DNA of 64,000 nucleotides from NCBI GenBank assembly GCA_012295275.1, contig CM022679.1, positions 17,298,001 through 17,362,000 of the forward strand, in the 5' to 3' direction. The stretch is from Chrysomallon squamiferum (lineage: Eukaryota; Animalia; Mollusca). A model generated the notes under the pieces. It was not told the DNA's origin. It did no database searches and was given only the letters and a program-made list of their open reading frames with translations. Of the stretch, positions 12,256-25,326 are shown in pieces; within the stretch, counting starts at the first letter, position 1; each line of letters begins with the position of its first letter. The translations under genes were made by a program, and so were the position numbers.

Positions 12256-15200
12256 CAGGAAATGGTTTGAAATCAAATAGTCGGAACAAAGCACTTAGAA
12301 CTAGGATGGTCTTCCTCAACAAAGTTAGGAAAGAATGAATATAATATCATCCACACACACACAGACACACAATTATGCATTGTTAATTATAGATAAGTCA
12401 TAATTATAACTATTATTAAAATGTCAACTAAATTCTTAATAAATTGCATCCAATTTTCTGCTGTGTAGTCTGTATCAATTTTCTTAATGAGATGTTTATG
12501 TGCAAATTATTATATAATTAAATGTCACTTCTATGCAAAAATAATATCCACACTGAAAATCAGTTATTAACACAGAATCAGAAAATATATTGTTCACATA
12601 CAACTGAATGTTTAACTATATATCAAGATTAATATTAATTGTAATTAGACACCATATAAAAGCCATATACTAATTTTGCAGGGTATATCTACTATATGCA
12701 TCTGCATAAATTCGAACATGAACCAACCTTGTTTGCCACTACTAAAGCAATACATTTGTATTCCAAATTATTTCTGTTATCATATATGCATAAATCTCTT
12801 TGAATGATGAGAAAGATACTTAATAATAATTTTGTAATTGAGTGTTCCACCCAGTGCCTTTCATGGTAGTAATAATACAGTGAAAATAGTGCTGATTGTG
12901 TTAAACTACTGCACTAATACAGTATGAAAAGACTCTTTGCATAAGATGCTTCATTACAGAATTCCGGTGATGCAGACAACCTAATTTGCCAATATGTCTG
13001 CATAAATTATATTTGTGAGAAAAACTAATTCAAGCCTATATAATTATATTTATAATTTTGAAGAAATAAAGTTATTATCAGGACATACTTTATTACAACA
13101 TTAAAACAAATATCTTAGATATATACCTAATTCATTTATTTCACTATCAGATAACCTATGAGTTCCACTTTAGCTAATAAACAATTTTACTTTTTATTCA
13201 AAACTAATGATCACCTGACTTAAAAAAATTATTATTAATTTTAATATATAATTTATTAAAGCAATATTTAGTTTTAGTGGATATATTTTATGTTGTTCCA
13301 GTAGCATAAGGTATATATGAAAATAATAAGACTGACAACAAATTTTGCTTTTGAAACACCCAGCTCATGACGTACAGAAATGTATATTTTGTGATCAAGA
13401 TGAAAATCAAGGTGCTACTAAAAGCCACTGAAAGTATTTTGTTGACAGCCTAGTTTGTAGTTTGTTAATTTAACTTCATTAATCTATAGACATGAAGCAG
13501 CTTCATGACTTACACTGATCAAAATAACAAAAATATTATTGGACATTCTGGGCAATAACCAGTGTGAGCTCAGATGCTTTTTCAACAAGAGGTTAGTTTT
13601 TATTTACTGACCTAGAAAGTCAACTTTTATACATGTGTTAGCAATATTTCTAATTGTTCATTTACTGACCTGAAAAAGTGAGCTTAAGTATTGCTGTTGG
13701 TATTGTTCTGGACTCAAAAGCATCTTGGCTTTTAAGAAAAAATTATCTCTATACTCAAATATAAAACGTTAATTAAGCTACACAACAAAACTTAAGTCTA
13801 AAAATAATGCTGAGATTGTTCCTGTAAGAATGAGCACCACAGAATGAAATGTCCAGTTGAAGGAAGATAACAAAATGTGTAAATTGGTAAATAACCAAAT
13901 GCCAGAGCTGATGTTAATTCCCCAGAGTGCAGCAGGATATGATGTAACAGTTATTACATAAGAAACCTTTGTCCTGGAAGACTGGCTGTGAACAAGCTAA
14001 CAGATGTAGTAATCAACAAGCAGTAAAAAGATAATCCACTTTCTTCTTGTTGAATTTGTTTGGAAGACAATACAGTTTCACTAAAACACTATCAACTTTT
14101 GAGTAGCTGAGTTACTGATATACCAATACTCATAGAAAAATGACCCAACATTTCTTCAAACATGAATAACTAAATCCCTTTTGAAAATATATACTAATAT
14201 ATTTCATTTTCATTTCTTTTATCTTTTTCTGACTTAGATTACAACTTAAAACATTTAACCATGAAACTTGTTCACAAAATTGTTTATAAAATTGGAAACA
14301 AAAATAACAATCACATACTTATAAATATATATATAAAACAATTGTAATAATTTTTAAACACTATTATGGATTAAGAAATCCTTAATATAATGGTCCAAAT
14401 ATTGTCTGTACGAATTTCTTTTCCAACTGTTGTTTTATTTGTGGACTGTAACTGCTAAATCCAGTAATGATTAGTAACTATTTTACACTCCAACAAGACA
14501 AACAGGCAATACTGTCCAGTCAGTATTTACTTCAGCAGTCTATGAATATTTAGAGCTAAATTATCCCCAACCAGTGCTTCCAGGAGACGAGCAGCATAAA
14601 TGGTGTTCACATTTCCAATGCTCATCATTCATCTAATTATGACTGCATAAATGACTGCAGGCTCAAATTTTACATCTACAGTTGTGGTGAGCTTACTATA
14701 TATTAACTAGTACTGTACATCAACAGATAAATATGCACATTAATAATAATAACAACAGATTACATATGATTTATGATATTTCTTTTGTTTATGCTTAAAG
14801 CTTTGTTTTTATTAAATTAAAAGAGGCTCTTTTTCATGCTACATACACTAATTATAAAGATAACTAAAAACAAACTCAGTGCTGTTTAACAAGGTAGATT
14901 CCACAATTCTCTGACATATGTCAAACAGAATGACTACTGTGATTTCAAGTGTATACTAATTCACAGATGTGTTTGACACATTATTGATCCTATCTGTGTT
15001 ATTAGTTTATGATTCAGGATTTGTTTTTATTAAATCTGAAACTGTCCACCCTATATATTTATATATGTTTAATTCTTTTTCTAGTTATTTATGTCATTAA
15101 ATTTAGTAAATAGAAATTATCTTTTCTAATCACATAACAAGAATGAATACTTTATTTCTTTCTCTTGCCAATTCCAATTAGTAAATCCTTTATAAAACCT

Positions 15201-18200
15201 AATAAAATATTTCATATTTGTATTTTTCTACCTTTAATTCAGTTAATATTATATATATTAAGTAGTGATTAACAGATGTCATTGATATCAAAAGGAAATA
15301 TTCGTGTTACAAATTTGGTAAATATACATTTACGAACTATAGCTACATAAATACTGACTAAATTAATTTAGTGGAATATATATCTTTACTGATGTGATCA
15401 AAATTAAGTAAATATTGATAATGATATTTTCAAAGCTGACTTACAATTTTAAATGTTAAATGGAAATTTAACATGCCTTGTGAAAAACAACATTTCAATG
15501 TCATATGGAAACAATATGTTCAGATATTACAGAGATTTTTTATCTGGACTCCCATCATGAACAGTTATTAGTCATATCAAAAATTTGCATTCCCTCTTCC
15601 TCAGTTCAACATTAATGGTAATGCCTTCCCTTTCTCAGACAGTAGAATCTACAGATACTGCAGCAGGTGGGAGATCAAGTACCCATGTGTTTACACTGCA
15701 CTTACACTCCTGTCAAATCAAACAAGACACTCCATAATGTTGACCCAGTTCACTAAATCTTTCTGAGGGCAAGCATAAACATTCAAATGATTGTAAAAAA
15801 AATATATATCTATATCTATATATAAATATATATATATATATAATAAAACAAAATAAATGTATTATTTTTATTTGTGGCTAGCATTTTTTAAATACCTACT
15901 GTTTCCATAATCTATAATGAATATGAAAAACCAAACATGCATAATTTTAACAAAACAATTTTTTTTTTCTGAAAGGTAAACAAATGTCACAAAGGAACAA
16001 ACTTTACTTCTTGTTAAAAATATTCTAATTTGTAATAAAAATTCCAGAGTTAATGCATATTCACTATTTTCAAACATATTTTTACCATAATAAAATTATA
16101 GGTTGAACATTATGGCTGAAAAAATTATTACACCAAGAATTATGACAATATAAAAATTATGAAAGTAAAATATATTTAAATTTAGTGTTGGTTAAAAAAA
16201 GCTTTAAAAAATCTTAAATCAAAATAAAAAGAATAAAATAATGCTTTTTAAAAATTAATGGCCTCACAAGATGTTTTAATTATTAGCATCACAAAGAAGT
16301 AGGGAAATAATGTTTAAATTGTTAACATATAAATGAAGCCAATGTAATAAATATTTATATGTGCCTAACAAATAATAAACTTAAATTGAATGAATTATCT
16401 TACGTGTAGTTAAAATTTAACACCAAATACAGATTAAACAAAAACAGGAAGATTTTTTTTTTTGGAAAAGAAAAGAAAAAAAGGATAAAGAAAGAAAAAT
16501 AATTACTGTTATCAAACTATAAAATATCTGACAATAAAAATGGGCATATAGTAGATTTTTGAAATCATGCCAAAGTTGGAAATTAACTGAACAGAACACT
16601 CTGCTGTGGGTGACATCTTTAACCTGTTTACAAGGCAATGCACATGTCTTGTATTGATCCAAGTATTCTATCTTCTCTCCACTGATGCACCATTAATAAA
16701 CAGTGAAGAAAATGAAGCTGAGGTAAAGATGAAAAACAAAGAATGTATAACAGATGTAGATACTAACCTGTAACTGTGAGACAGCTGAAATATATTGAAC
16801 ATTACGATTCTTGGCTTGAGTCAGGAGACTTAGATACATGTTTATCAAACCGGCCATGTCGCTGTAATTGATCTACAAGACACTGCCTCGGTGTGATTTT
16901 CTCATGTTTCCATGGTAACAAACTGCTCATGAAAATCACTGTTCCAACTCAATTTACAGACATTTGCTGTTGAGTAATGATTTTTTTTTTTTTTTTATAT
17001 CTGATAAAATAGCCTCTAGGTAGTCATAGAAATACAACTTTAATCCATCAGTATGGTCCTTTACAATATTTTGAACTTTTTCCCCATTTTTCACCCATCT
17101 TATTTATGCACATTTATTTATTGGGTCTAGTCAGTGTGCTTTCCTTTCCATAAATGCAATGCCAGTTGATGAAAACATTGCCACAGTGAAATTACTTCCC
17201 TTTTTCACAGTTTGTATTCATTTCTATTTAATTAACAAGTATGAAACTGTTTGCATCTTGCCATGTCCAGGCTGTAATTAGTTTGTATTTAACAAGGCAA
17301 TATTACTCACCCAATTTTTGGATGGATAATTATGACAAAGACGCACAAATCTTGTAAATGAGAATTGATTTATTCAGAATTATATACCATGTGACTATCT
17401 TATAAATATGATGATAAAAAAGAGAAAAACTATACACAATTCTAGAAAATCAAACTGAAAAGGGTAATAGAATATATTTATTTCTGCTTATTAATCTACT
17501 GCAAAGAATTCTTCTATATAATACCATGCATTGTGTAATATTAATTCAATTTACTGCAGTGCAGCAGATTTGTTGATGAGGTTCATTTCTTTAAAGCAAT
17601 CGTCCAAGTGCCTGCGTTTTGAATTGGCAGCCAATACAAGTTCACAGAAGGGTAACTTTAGATTTATGGACAAGATATTGTAGTCGCAAATAGTTCCTCT
17701 ATGCAGTTAGCATCAAGGGTTTAGGGCACAGAGAATATCAATATATTTGCCTTAATTCTTCAGCCATCAGCCTTGGGAAATGCTCTCTTGGGTAATAAAG
17801 AACTTTACTGTCATGTTGTTTTAATGTGTTCCATACTAATGCTTAGTCATAGTAACATAATTTAAATATGGATAAATTTCCATATATAAAAGTTAATTTA
17901 GAAAAATGTTTTAGTGACTGTTGATAGATTTATCATCATCTTCATTATTATTAATGGTGTTGTTTACACTTCATAAAAAATAAGCCTTTAGTAATTTAAT
18001 ACTGAACTACTCAACAAATGTGTTTTAATTATTATTTTTTTAATATATAATAAAAATCCTTAAAATATCCAAACAAAATAAGACAACAATTCATTTATTA
18101 AACATCAAACAGGGAATGAAATCAGCATGGAATTTGCTGAACATGTTGGAAACATAAACAGAAACAACAGGAACAAACACTTAAGAATTATTTACTTTCA

Positions 18201-20488
18201 GTGTGTATCTAGATTAGCCATGTGTCAGGAACTAGGAAAACAATGGCTGTAATTTATTGATTCCCTATTGCCAGCAACATCTTGGGATATCTAGAGATGA
18301 AATTACAAACCATAGGTTTCTATTGTATCATTAGATGCTAAGTTGAAATACAAAATAAAAATAGGTTGTTGGAAATTTAATGGAAATGCAACTTGATTTT
18401 TTATTATTATTATCAAAGAATGGGTTTTTTAACAAAGCTGCAGCATGGTTAGAGAAAATTAATTATTAAGATCTAAGCCAAAAAAACACTTCTCTATATC
18501 ATAAAATTATGCAGTTATGCAACACAATTATTATTTCCAAAGAAAATACTTTATTTGTAATTTTGCACTTTAAAGTATTTATTTCAGTTAAACTGAATCG
18601 TCTATTTAAAAAGTGAAAAAACAAACAAAATAAAACAGAATAATAATAAATACACTGATTAAAATACAATACTTTTTAAATCAGTGGAAATGTAAACTAC
18701 TATTTTTCTCAGTACCACTCAAACTAAATATATTCTAACTAAATATATCCTACCAAGAAAATGTGTCATGATCAGTATCAGGTGTTGATATCTACCAATC
18801 CAACCCTCAAACACATGCTGTTGAGTTTTCATGCTGGTATGCAACATGATCTGGGTTTGGCCACATGAGATCAAGATTCTTGGCTATATCAGGACTGCAT
18901 GGAACTCCAGCATAAAACTTAGCACCATGTGATAACCAGCTGCAGAACATGCTACAGGGCAGGGTCAGAACATTATAGGGTGGGGTGATTTGAATTCACA
19001 CACCAATTTATTTGAAATAATAATTTTATAAAGTATAATGGTATCAGCAGAAAGGTATAATTAATATTATTAGCCCATATAGTTTTAAGTGCTTTCTAAT
19101 ACATTCATTTAATATTATTTTTAACAGTAAACCTACATTATTTCTGTTGGTTAAGTGAATTAAGCACAAGCTAAACAAAAAAAAAAAAAATAAAAAAAAT
19201 ATCACTGAATTCATTGGAAGTAAATATATGCCCAACAGGTGATTATCTTTACATTTTCCACTCTTCTTGGCACTGAAAGCAACTAGGAATTGAACCTCTA
19301 CCACTCCATGCTTTATCACTATGTATCTGGAAAACATATTTTATTTCATGTTTTCTTATCACTGGATTTCATTTACAGACATTATATTTCAGATAAAGTC
19401 TACCTTACACGGGAGGAAGTAATGCAAATGAAACTGCCAGAAAAAAGGAAAAAAAAATGTGGTTAAAATTAGTACAATTATATCACTTTGCTCAAAGTAC
19501 AACTATAATTTGTTGTTTTTTCATTTCTTGTATAAAATACATTTCTGTATTTTACATTAAAAAAAGAAGAGAAAAGAAGAGATAACAAAAAAATAATAAA
19601 TAAATTATATTATTTTTAGATCACATATGATATATAATCTAAAAATAATAATAAAGTAAAAATAAAATAAAAAGTAAAACCCTAAACCCCTAAAAACTAA
19701 ACATTTTTGTATAAAGTGATATAAAATGTGGTTACACCTGATTATTAATTATTTTTGCTGTAGCTTGTATGAATAAAAGGCTTAACGATTAGTCCTTTTC
19801 CTGTGTGATTTAAAAAAAAACTTTACGTATCTTTACCTTTAAACCTGTTACCATGATTACGTCTAGAATACAAGAAGTGTTAACAGGAAAGATTTCTTTG
19901 CTTTTCATCATATATTCTAGATAGTTCATAAACAATATGTAGTCTCTATACTAAAAAATATTAAAACTTTTCTTATCATTGTATCTCACAATATGATCAA
20001 GTAAAAAAAAAAAAAGTTTTACCCAATACTTTTCATAATACTCATTTGAAAAATGTTTTACTTTGTTTGTTTTTTTATTATTACTATTATTATTATTATT
20101 TTTATTATTATTATTATTAAATAATAATGATTTAGTAGTTTTTTTCTAAAAAAAAAAAATCAAATGAACTACACGTGAATAAATAACTACAGATTAGTTT
20201 TAGAAGGAAAACGTTAAATGTTATGACATTCAAACATTCTACATAATAATCACAAAAGAAGTGTTAAAAGAATATTTTTGTTTTCAGTGCAGCATTCATT
20301 AACATCTTTAATGAACTGACAGTTTCAGATTCAAGGTAGTTAGTTCTCTATCTGAAACAGTTTTATCATCAAATTCTATTTTAAGTTAGAGTTAAGATGT
20401 TAATAAAAAGTGGCCATTATACACATCAAACTAATGGCCACTGTGGTAGAATATTAATCAAATCCAAAAGTGAATAAATATTACATAC

Positions 20489-20503
20489 CTGTAAAGAGAA
20501 ATC
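20489..20503 (-). CDS. Candidate 15-nt in-frame microexon DFSLQ, or recursive splice site
   Basis: tttgtcttttcag|GATTTCTCTTTACAG|gtatgt. Confidence 0.45.
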
Positions 20504-20753
20504 CTGAAAAGACAAATGAAGATCATTTCTGAATCATTTGAAATTTTTTTCATACATTAAGCAGATAAATGGTTAATTTAGAGCAATCGTGGTGATGTTA
20601 CACACATGTTCAAGTTATCTATAGCTTTAGTTGAAATTTTATGGAACTGATTAATGCTTGACATTTGCATGAAAAGTGATGACAAAACAGGAAGTACATG
20701 TCTGATAAAAGGTGAAATGCAATGATAGAGATTCTATAATTCATCAGACTTAC

Positions 20754-20786
20754 AGGACAATATTTATAAACTGTAATAGTTTTCAT
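20754..20786 (-). CDS. Weak candidate first coding exon, MKTITVYKYCP (phase 0)
   Basis: ATG frame ending CCT|gtaagt, with the same MK...YxP| pattern as 32503-32538. The codons are AT-rich, so this may be chance. Confidence 0.3.
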
Positions 20787-22195
20787 ACAATTAGACGATA
20801 TATAAATTTTATAACAATATTAACAGTTTTGTAATATACTACTCCTAGGTATCTAACTCTATGAAGATTTCTTTTCAATTTACTTTGGTTAAGAAAGTAA
20901 ACCAGATTTCATTGCAGTGAGTGTAGTAAAAAAAAAGAAAAAAAGAACCAAACCACAATTCAAAATTTATATAAAATATATTGGTTCAAAAAATGGTAAA
21001 TCAGTACCAATATTATCTTCTGTGGATAGCAATGCAAAATGTTCTACAGTCTGGTTGTTACTGTAAAAGATACACTAGGGTATTTTTGGCTTGTTAAATT
21101 ACTTACCATCGAAAATAAAGTAAATGTAAATGTTTATAGACAGACAGAAAAGAAATAGAATAGATTATTCTATATTTGTGATCACTCAACAAACTTGCTC
21201 AATTTCTTTCATCTAACTTAAAGGAAATCTTGGAAACTGAATTGGTCTCTCTAGTGACTATTTGCTCTGTAGGAATAATTCTTCTGTAACAACATTAATC
21301 ACAGAGCAATACTGTTTCATATAAATGAATCTTTGAAAGTATTTGCTTTTTAAAAATAATATTTCATCATATTGGATAGCATTTCAATATGATATCAAAT
21401 GAATGCTTAAAATGTAACATATAGCCTAAATGGAGGGGCTTGTTGAATGTAATACTTCTTTAAATTACCATTTTGTCCTACAGATTTATTTTTGCTGTTA
21501 TTAAAGCTTACAGTCACCTCTACTGACATTTTACTGTGCATTACTGACTTTAAATTATGAAGATTAAACATTTATTTTTCCCCTTGTATTGATGAATAGT
21601 GTAAACATTCTCATGGAACACCTGCAAAAACAAAGCAACCAATTCTAAGAGTAAATGTAAACAATAAACTCAGGAACTTACTGCATTGTGCATCAAAATA
21701 AATATATTCTGCTTCTAAAACAAAAATGTTTCATTTACATGTATTAAAATAGATTAAGATCTGTTCATATAATTATTTAATATAATTTTAAATTTATACT
21801 GAAAGCTTCAGCTGATGCAATTACCATAAATATCTTTAAAAATATAGGTCAAATAACCTGCATCATAGGAGAAACTCTTTTCTGATGCATACCACATATA
21901 TAGTATGTGGATCATGTAGCAGTATCCTGTAAATTAAACCAATATGGTTACTGAGGCAACCAAGCCAAAGAAAATAATGAAGAAACAATACCAAAACAGT
22001 AGAAATGGGAGTTAACCAAAAGACAAGTAACTGATTCATCTTTCCAGATGATTAAACTTTCCAAACTTTCTTTCAGGGAGGCCATGATATCCCATAAACA
22101 AATGGAACACTGTCAGCCATTTTGAACTACTTCAGTAAATTAACAATATTATTAAAACAAATATAACTAATACATCAAAACATAATCAACTTTAC

Positions 22196-22231
22196 CATGG
22201 CTGGAGTTGGCAAGCGTAGTGAGACCCACAT
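22196..22231 (-). CDS. Rbfox1: Candidate alternative first coding exon, MWVSLRLPTPAM (phase 0)
   Basis: 12 GC-rich codons with a CpG and donor ATG|gtaaag, at the edge of a CpG-retaining island (22.2-22.44 kb). Confidence 0.55.
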
Positions 22232-22589
22232 GTGTCGTTTTCTTCAGACAGCAAGTGAGAAATAAAAAGAAAACAAATTACACAAATCAGCCAAGCTCCT
22301 CTCGGAATGTCCACATGGCAGGCAGTGCCATAATTACAGTGAATCTCTACAGACAGGACCTCTATAAATACACGTCACTTGAACATCCTCGCTGACCCAG
22401 AATATGGGTAAACCTATGTGCTAGCTCAGTTCGTTTATAAATATTTAAATCACACATGTTACAAGCTACACATCATTTGGTACCAATTCATAGGAATATT
22501 ATTATTTATTATTATTAACAGATATAATCAGAAATATTTAATCAAATGACTGCTGCAAAAGAAATTTTTTAAAAGTTAAAAGTAGTTAC

Positions 22590-22625
22590 CAGAGGCTTTG
22601 CCGCTATGGGAGTTGGCCACATCAT
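22590..22625 (-). CDS. Rbfox1: Candidate alternative first coding exon, MMWPTPIAAKPL (phase 0)
   Basis: 12 GC-rich codons with a CpG and donor CTG|gtaact, at the downstream edge of a GC-richer island (22.6-23.0 kb). Confidence 0.6.
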
Positions 22626-23199
22626 TTAGTAAAGCAGTGTGGTTTAACAGCAGTGTGAAAAAACTGGACGGATTATGAATCAGTCTGCAGCAAAATGGCC
22701 AACTTGTTCCTGCTTCCTTTGTGTCAGTGGAACTATGTATACCATGAACTACCTACATGTACTTCAACAGGAATAAAACTGAAGAATATCTGCAGTACAT
22801 TAATGTTATCCCAACATGGGAGGGGGAGGGTCAACTGGCAAGATGCCTGGCAATGGTTGGTGGATTTCAAGCAACTTGGCAGCGCAAATGGAATCTGGAT
22901 AGAAAACAGGCATGAAATTTGATCCTTCTACACCCTAGAGGTCTGCAGTAGCAAAATCCTTTCAAGACTGCCACCCTAGACTTGAGAAATGGTGCTGCTG
23001 TGTCATGCCCCAGTTAGCCATGATTTGGTGTGTATTATCAGAAAAAAACCATAATAAAATAAAACTTATTTAAACTTATTTAGTTCAAACATTTAGGAAG
23101 AAGAGAGACAGTAATAAAAATAAACATTAGAACAATAGACAATGGGATCAGGCTATATAGCAAAGCTGCTAAGTTTTTTTTTCTCAAGAATAGCATGTA

Positions 23200-23310
23200 T
23201 ATGGGATCAGTTCTCATTGGTGGACTTATTAAACTATTTCCAATTCAAATCTTAACTGGATTAATTAATTATCTCATATGGAAAGGAACATTTTACTGCT
23301 AATTAGTATT
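23200..23310 (+). mobile_element. Possible decayed SINE fragment
   Basis: gggatcagttctcattggtggacttattaaactatttcc...ttactgctaattag resembles, from memory, gastropod SINE bodies. It is highly diverged. Confidence 0.3.
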
Positions 23311-24487
23311 AAGAACAGCAGGATGACTTTATCAGCAAAAACTTTTCTGGAAGTTGGAATGATGGAAATACATTTATTGATCTGATAGTTTAAAATGTCT
23401 ATCCACCACTGTAGTTAGTACAAGAAAAATTTCTGTAAAAAAGGGCAATTTTTAATTTAATTTTTTTTTTATATAATTAAGAACAGTGTGCATGAGGTGG
23501 TAGAAATAATATAATAAGTAACCACATATGAGTTTAATAAAATGATTAAAAACTATTTTAAATATTTCTGTGAGGGCTAACGAATCAATTGGTTTATCAT
23601 GTTTCTAGCCTGTTTATATGATTCCTGTGATCTGTGATATATCTGCTGCTATAATCTCTGCCCTGATAGTAACAGAAGACACACCTTGTTTATTGGTACA
23701 AACATCTGGTGCTCATATCTTCTGTACAAATCAAAGCAGAACCATGTTACAATGTTTGGCAAATGAATTTTTTTTAAAAAAGATTAAAAAAAAGTTTATA
23801 TAATCTATCATTTCTGAAGTTTTTTAAAAATAGATTTGAATAAAATACATAATCTCTGTTTTTAACTCAAGTATCCTTTAAAAATTAATTATTTTTTATT
23901 TTCCAGTTGATAAAAGCTATTTCAAAATTCATTACTTTAATTTCAAAAATATAAAAATTAACATTTGTTTTAATTTGTTAAATAATATTGTTTTAAAAGA
24001 TAACTATTCCATATAGAAAACTTCTTTATTAAAATAGATAAATTGCTTCCTTTCTTATATTTGAAGATACATAATTTTTTTTTTTTTTAAAGTTAAGCAG
24101 AGTGAGATTTCTTTTAATTTATTTAGAATTTTTTATTTCCTTGTCTGTTGCTTTTATGTATATTCTAAATATATTGTATTATTTTATTTTATAATACATT
24201 AAGTTGAATATACTTATCTACAGGTAAGTAATGCAATCAATGGGAAACAACTCCATTCAGAATTAAATCAGTGGTGCAATTCTAAGTCTAACCATGTATA
24301 AGCAATGTAACTTTTGTAGAATAATTTGTTTAATTATTATTATTAAAATTATTAAAAAAAGGAGGAGAAAAAAAAAAAAAAGGCCGTAAATAAAATTAAT
24401 TATGTGTTACAGGTAAACATTTAGAACAACTATTATTAAATATAAATACAACCAAACATTCCTTGTAAAAATCTTAAATATGCTCAC

Positions 24488-24574
24488 CCAAAGTTCTCTG
24501 TTAACTGATTCCCAACCATTGTCTATATAATAATCTCTATATACTCGCTGACTTGGATCAAAAACAGGATACAT
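24488..24574 (-). CDS. Rbfox1: Candidate alternative first coding exon, MYPVFDPSQRVYRDYYIDNGWESVNRELW (phase 0)
   Basis: aaaATG context, 29 open codons in AT-rich surroundings, a retained CpG, and donor TGG|gtgagc. Confidence 0.55.
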
Positions 24575-25287
24575 TTTATTTAATATATATAAAATATATG
24601 TTGTTGGGTTTTTTAATTGTATATTAACTTAGAAAATTTTCTGCAGCTAAGCTGTTGAAGTCTGCTTTACAATTAGCAGACGACAGGTGAAATATACATC
24701 ATTAAGTTATCAGCAGAAGTATAAAATAAAATAAAATAAAATACATTTTGGAATATATAAGTCTAAATTAGATATATTAAAAAATAATATATTCTTTTAA
24801 ATTATAATCTAACACCAAGTGCAGTAAATATGCCAAACTCGTTTATAGGTAATCATTTATTTGTATACTATTTTTTTTGTTTAATAATAAAAATGATGAT
24901 GACGATAATAAATTTTTTTTTTGTTTTTTCTTTTTTTTTAAAATTAAGAAATAATGAAAGGAATAACATATAAAGATATTAACAGGTAAATATAATATAG
25001 ACTTATCTGTAACATTCTCTATTTGACATAAAAATGTATTTATTTATTTATTTAGATTTAATATTACATCCTGGATCAATTACCAAATGGGCAAATATTT
25101 CATCTGTAATTTTATTAAGTGCTTAATAATGTTCAAAGTAGTTAATATTATTACACTTTTTATTTATTAAATACTGTAAAATAAGGAAGAACATTTAAAA
25201 AAAGACAACAAAAAATCACATGATTAAATTATGGTAATTATATTTATACTATAATTGCAAAAATAAATTATATTACATTAATCTTAC

Positions 25288-25326
25288 CTTAACTGGGGTT
25301 GGAAAATATTTGAAAAAAACCGTCAT
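25288..25326 (-). CDS. Rbfox1: Candidate alternative first (or 42-nt cassette) exon, MTVFFKYFPTPVK (phase 0)
   Basis: 13 codons ending AAG|gtaaga, with a retained CpG. An acceptor tcttcttcctatttactaacag| 3 nt upstream would give an in-frame 42-nt exon (25288-25329). Confidence 0.55.

Noticed and set aside
13514-15474. MSNNIFVILIS (13514-13546) and MLNFHLTFKI (15445-15474) as annotated first exons
   Set aside because: AT-rich codons and poor exonic donor bases put them within the expected chance rate. They are listed only as weak members of the array.
17305-17350. Strong donor TGG|gtgagt at 17310
   Set aside because: There is no in-frame ATG and only a weak aag acceptor. It could be a non-coding first exon, but the sequence alone cannot support that.
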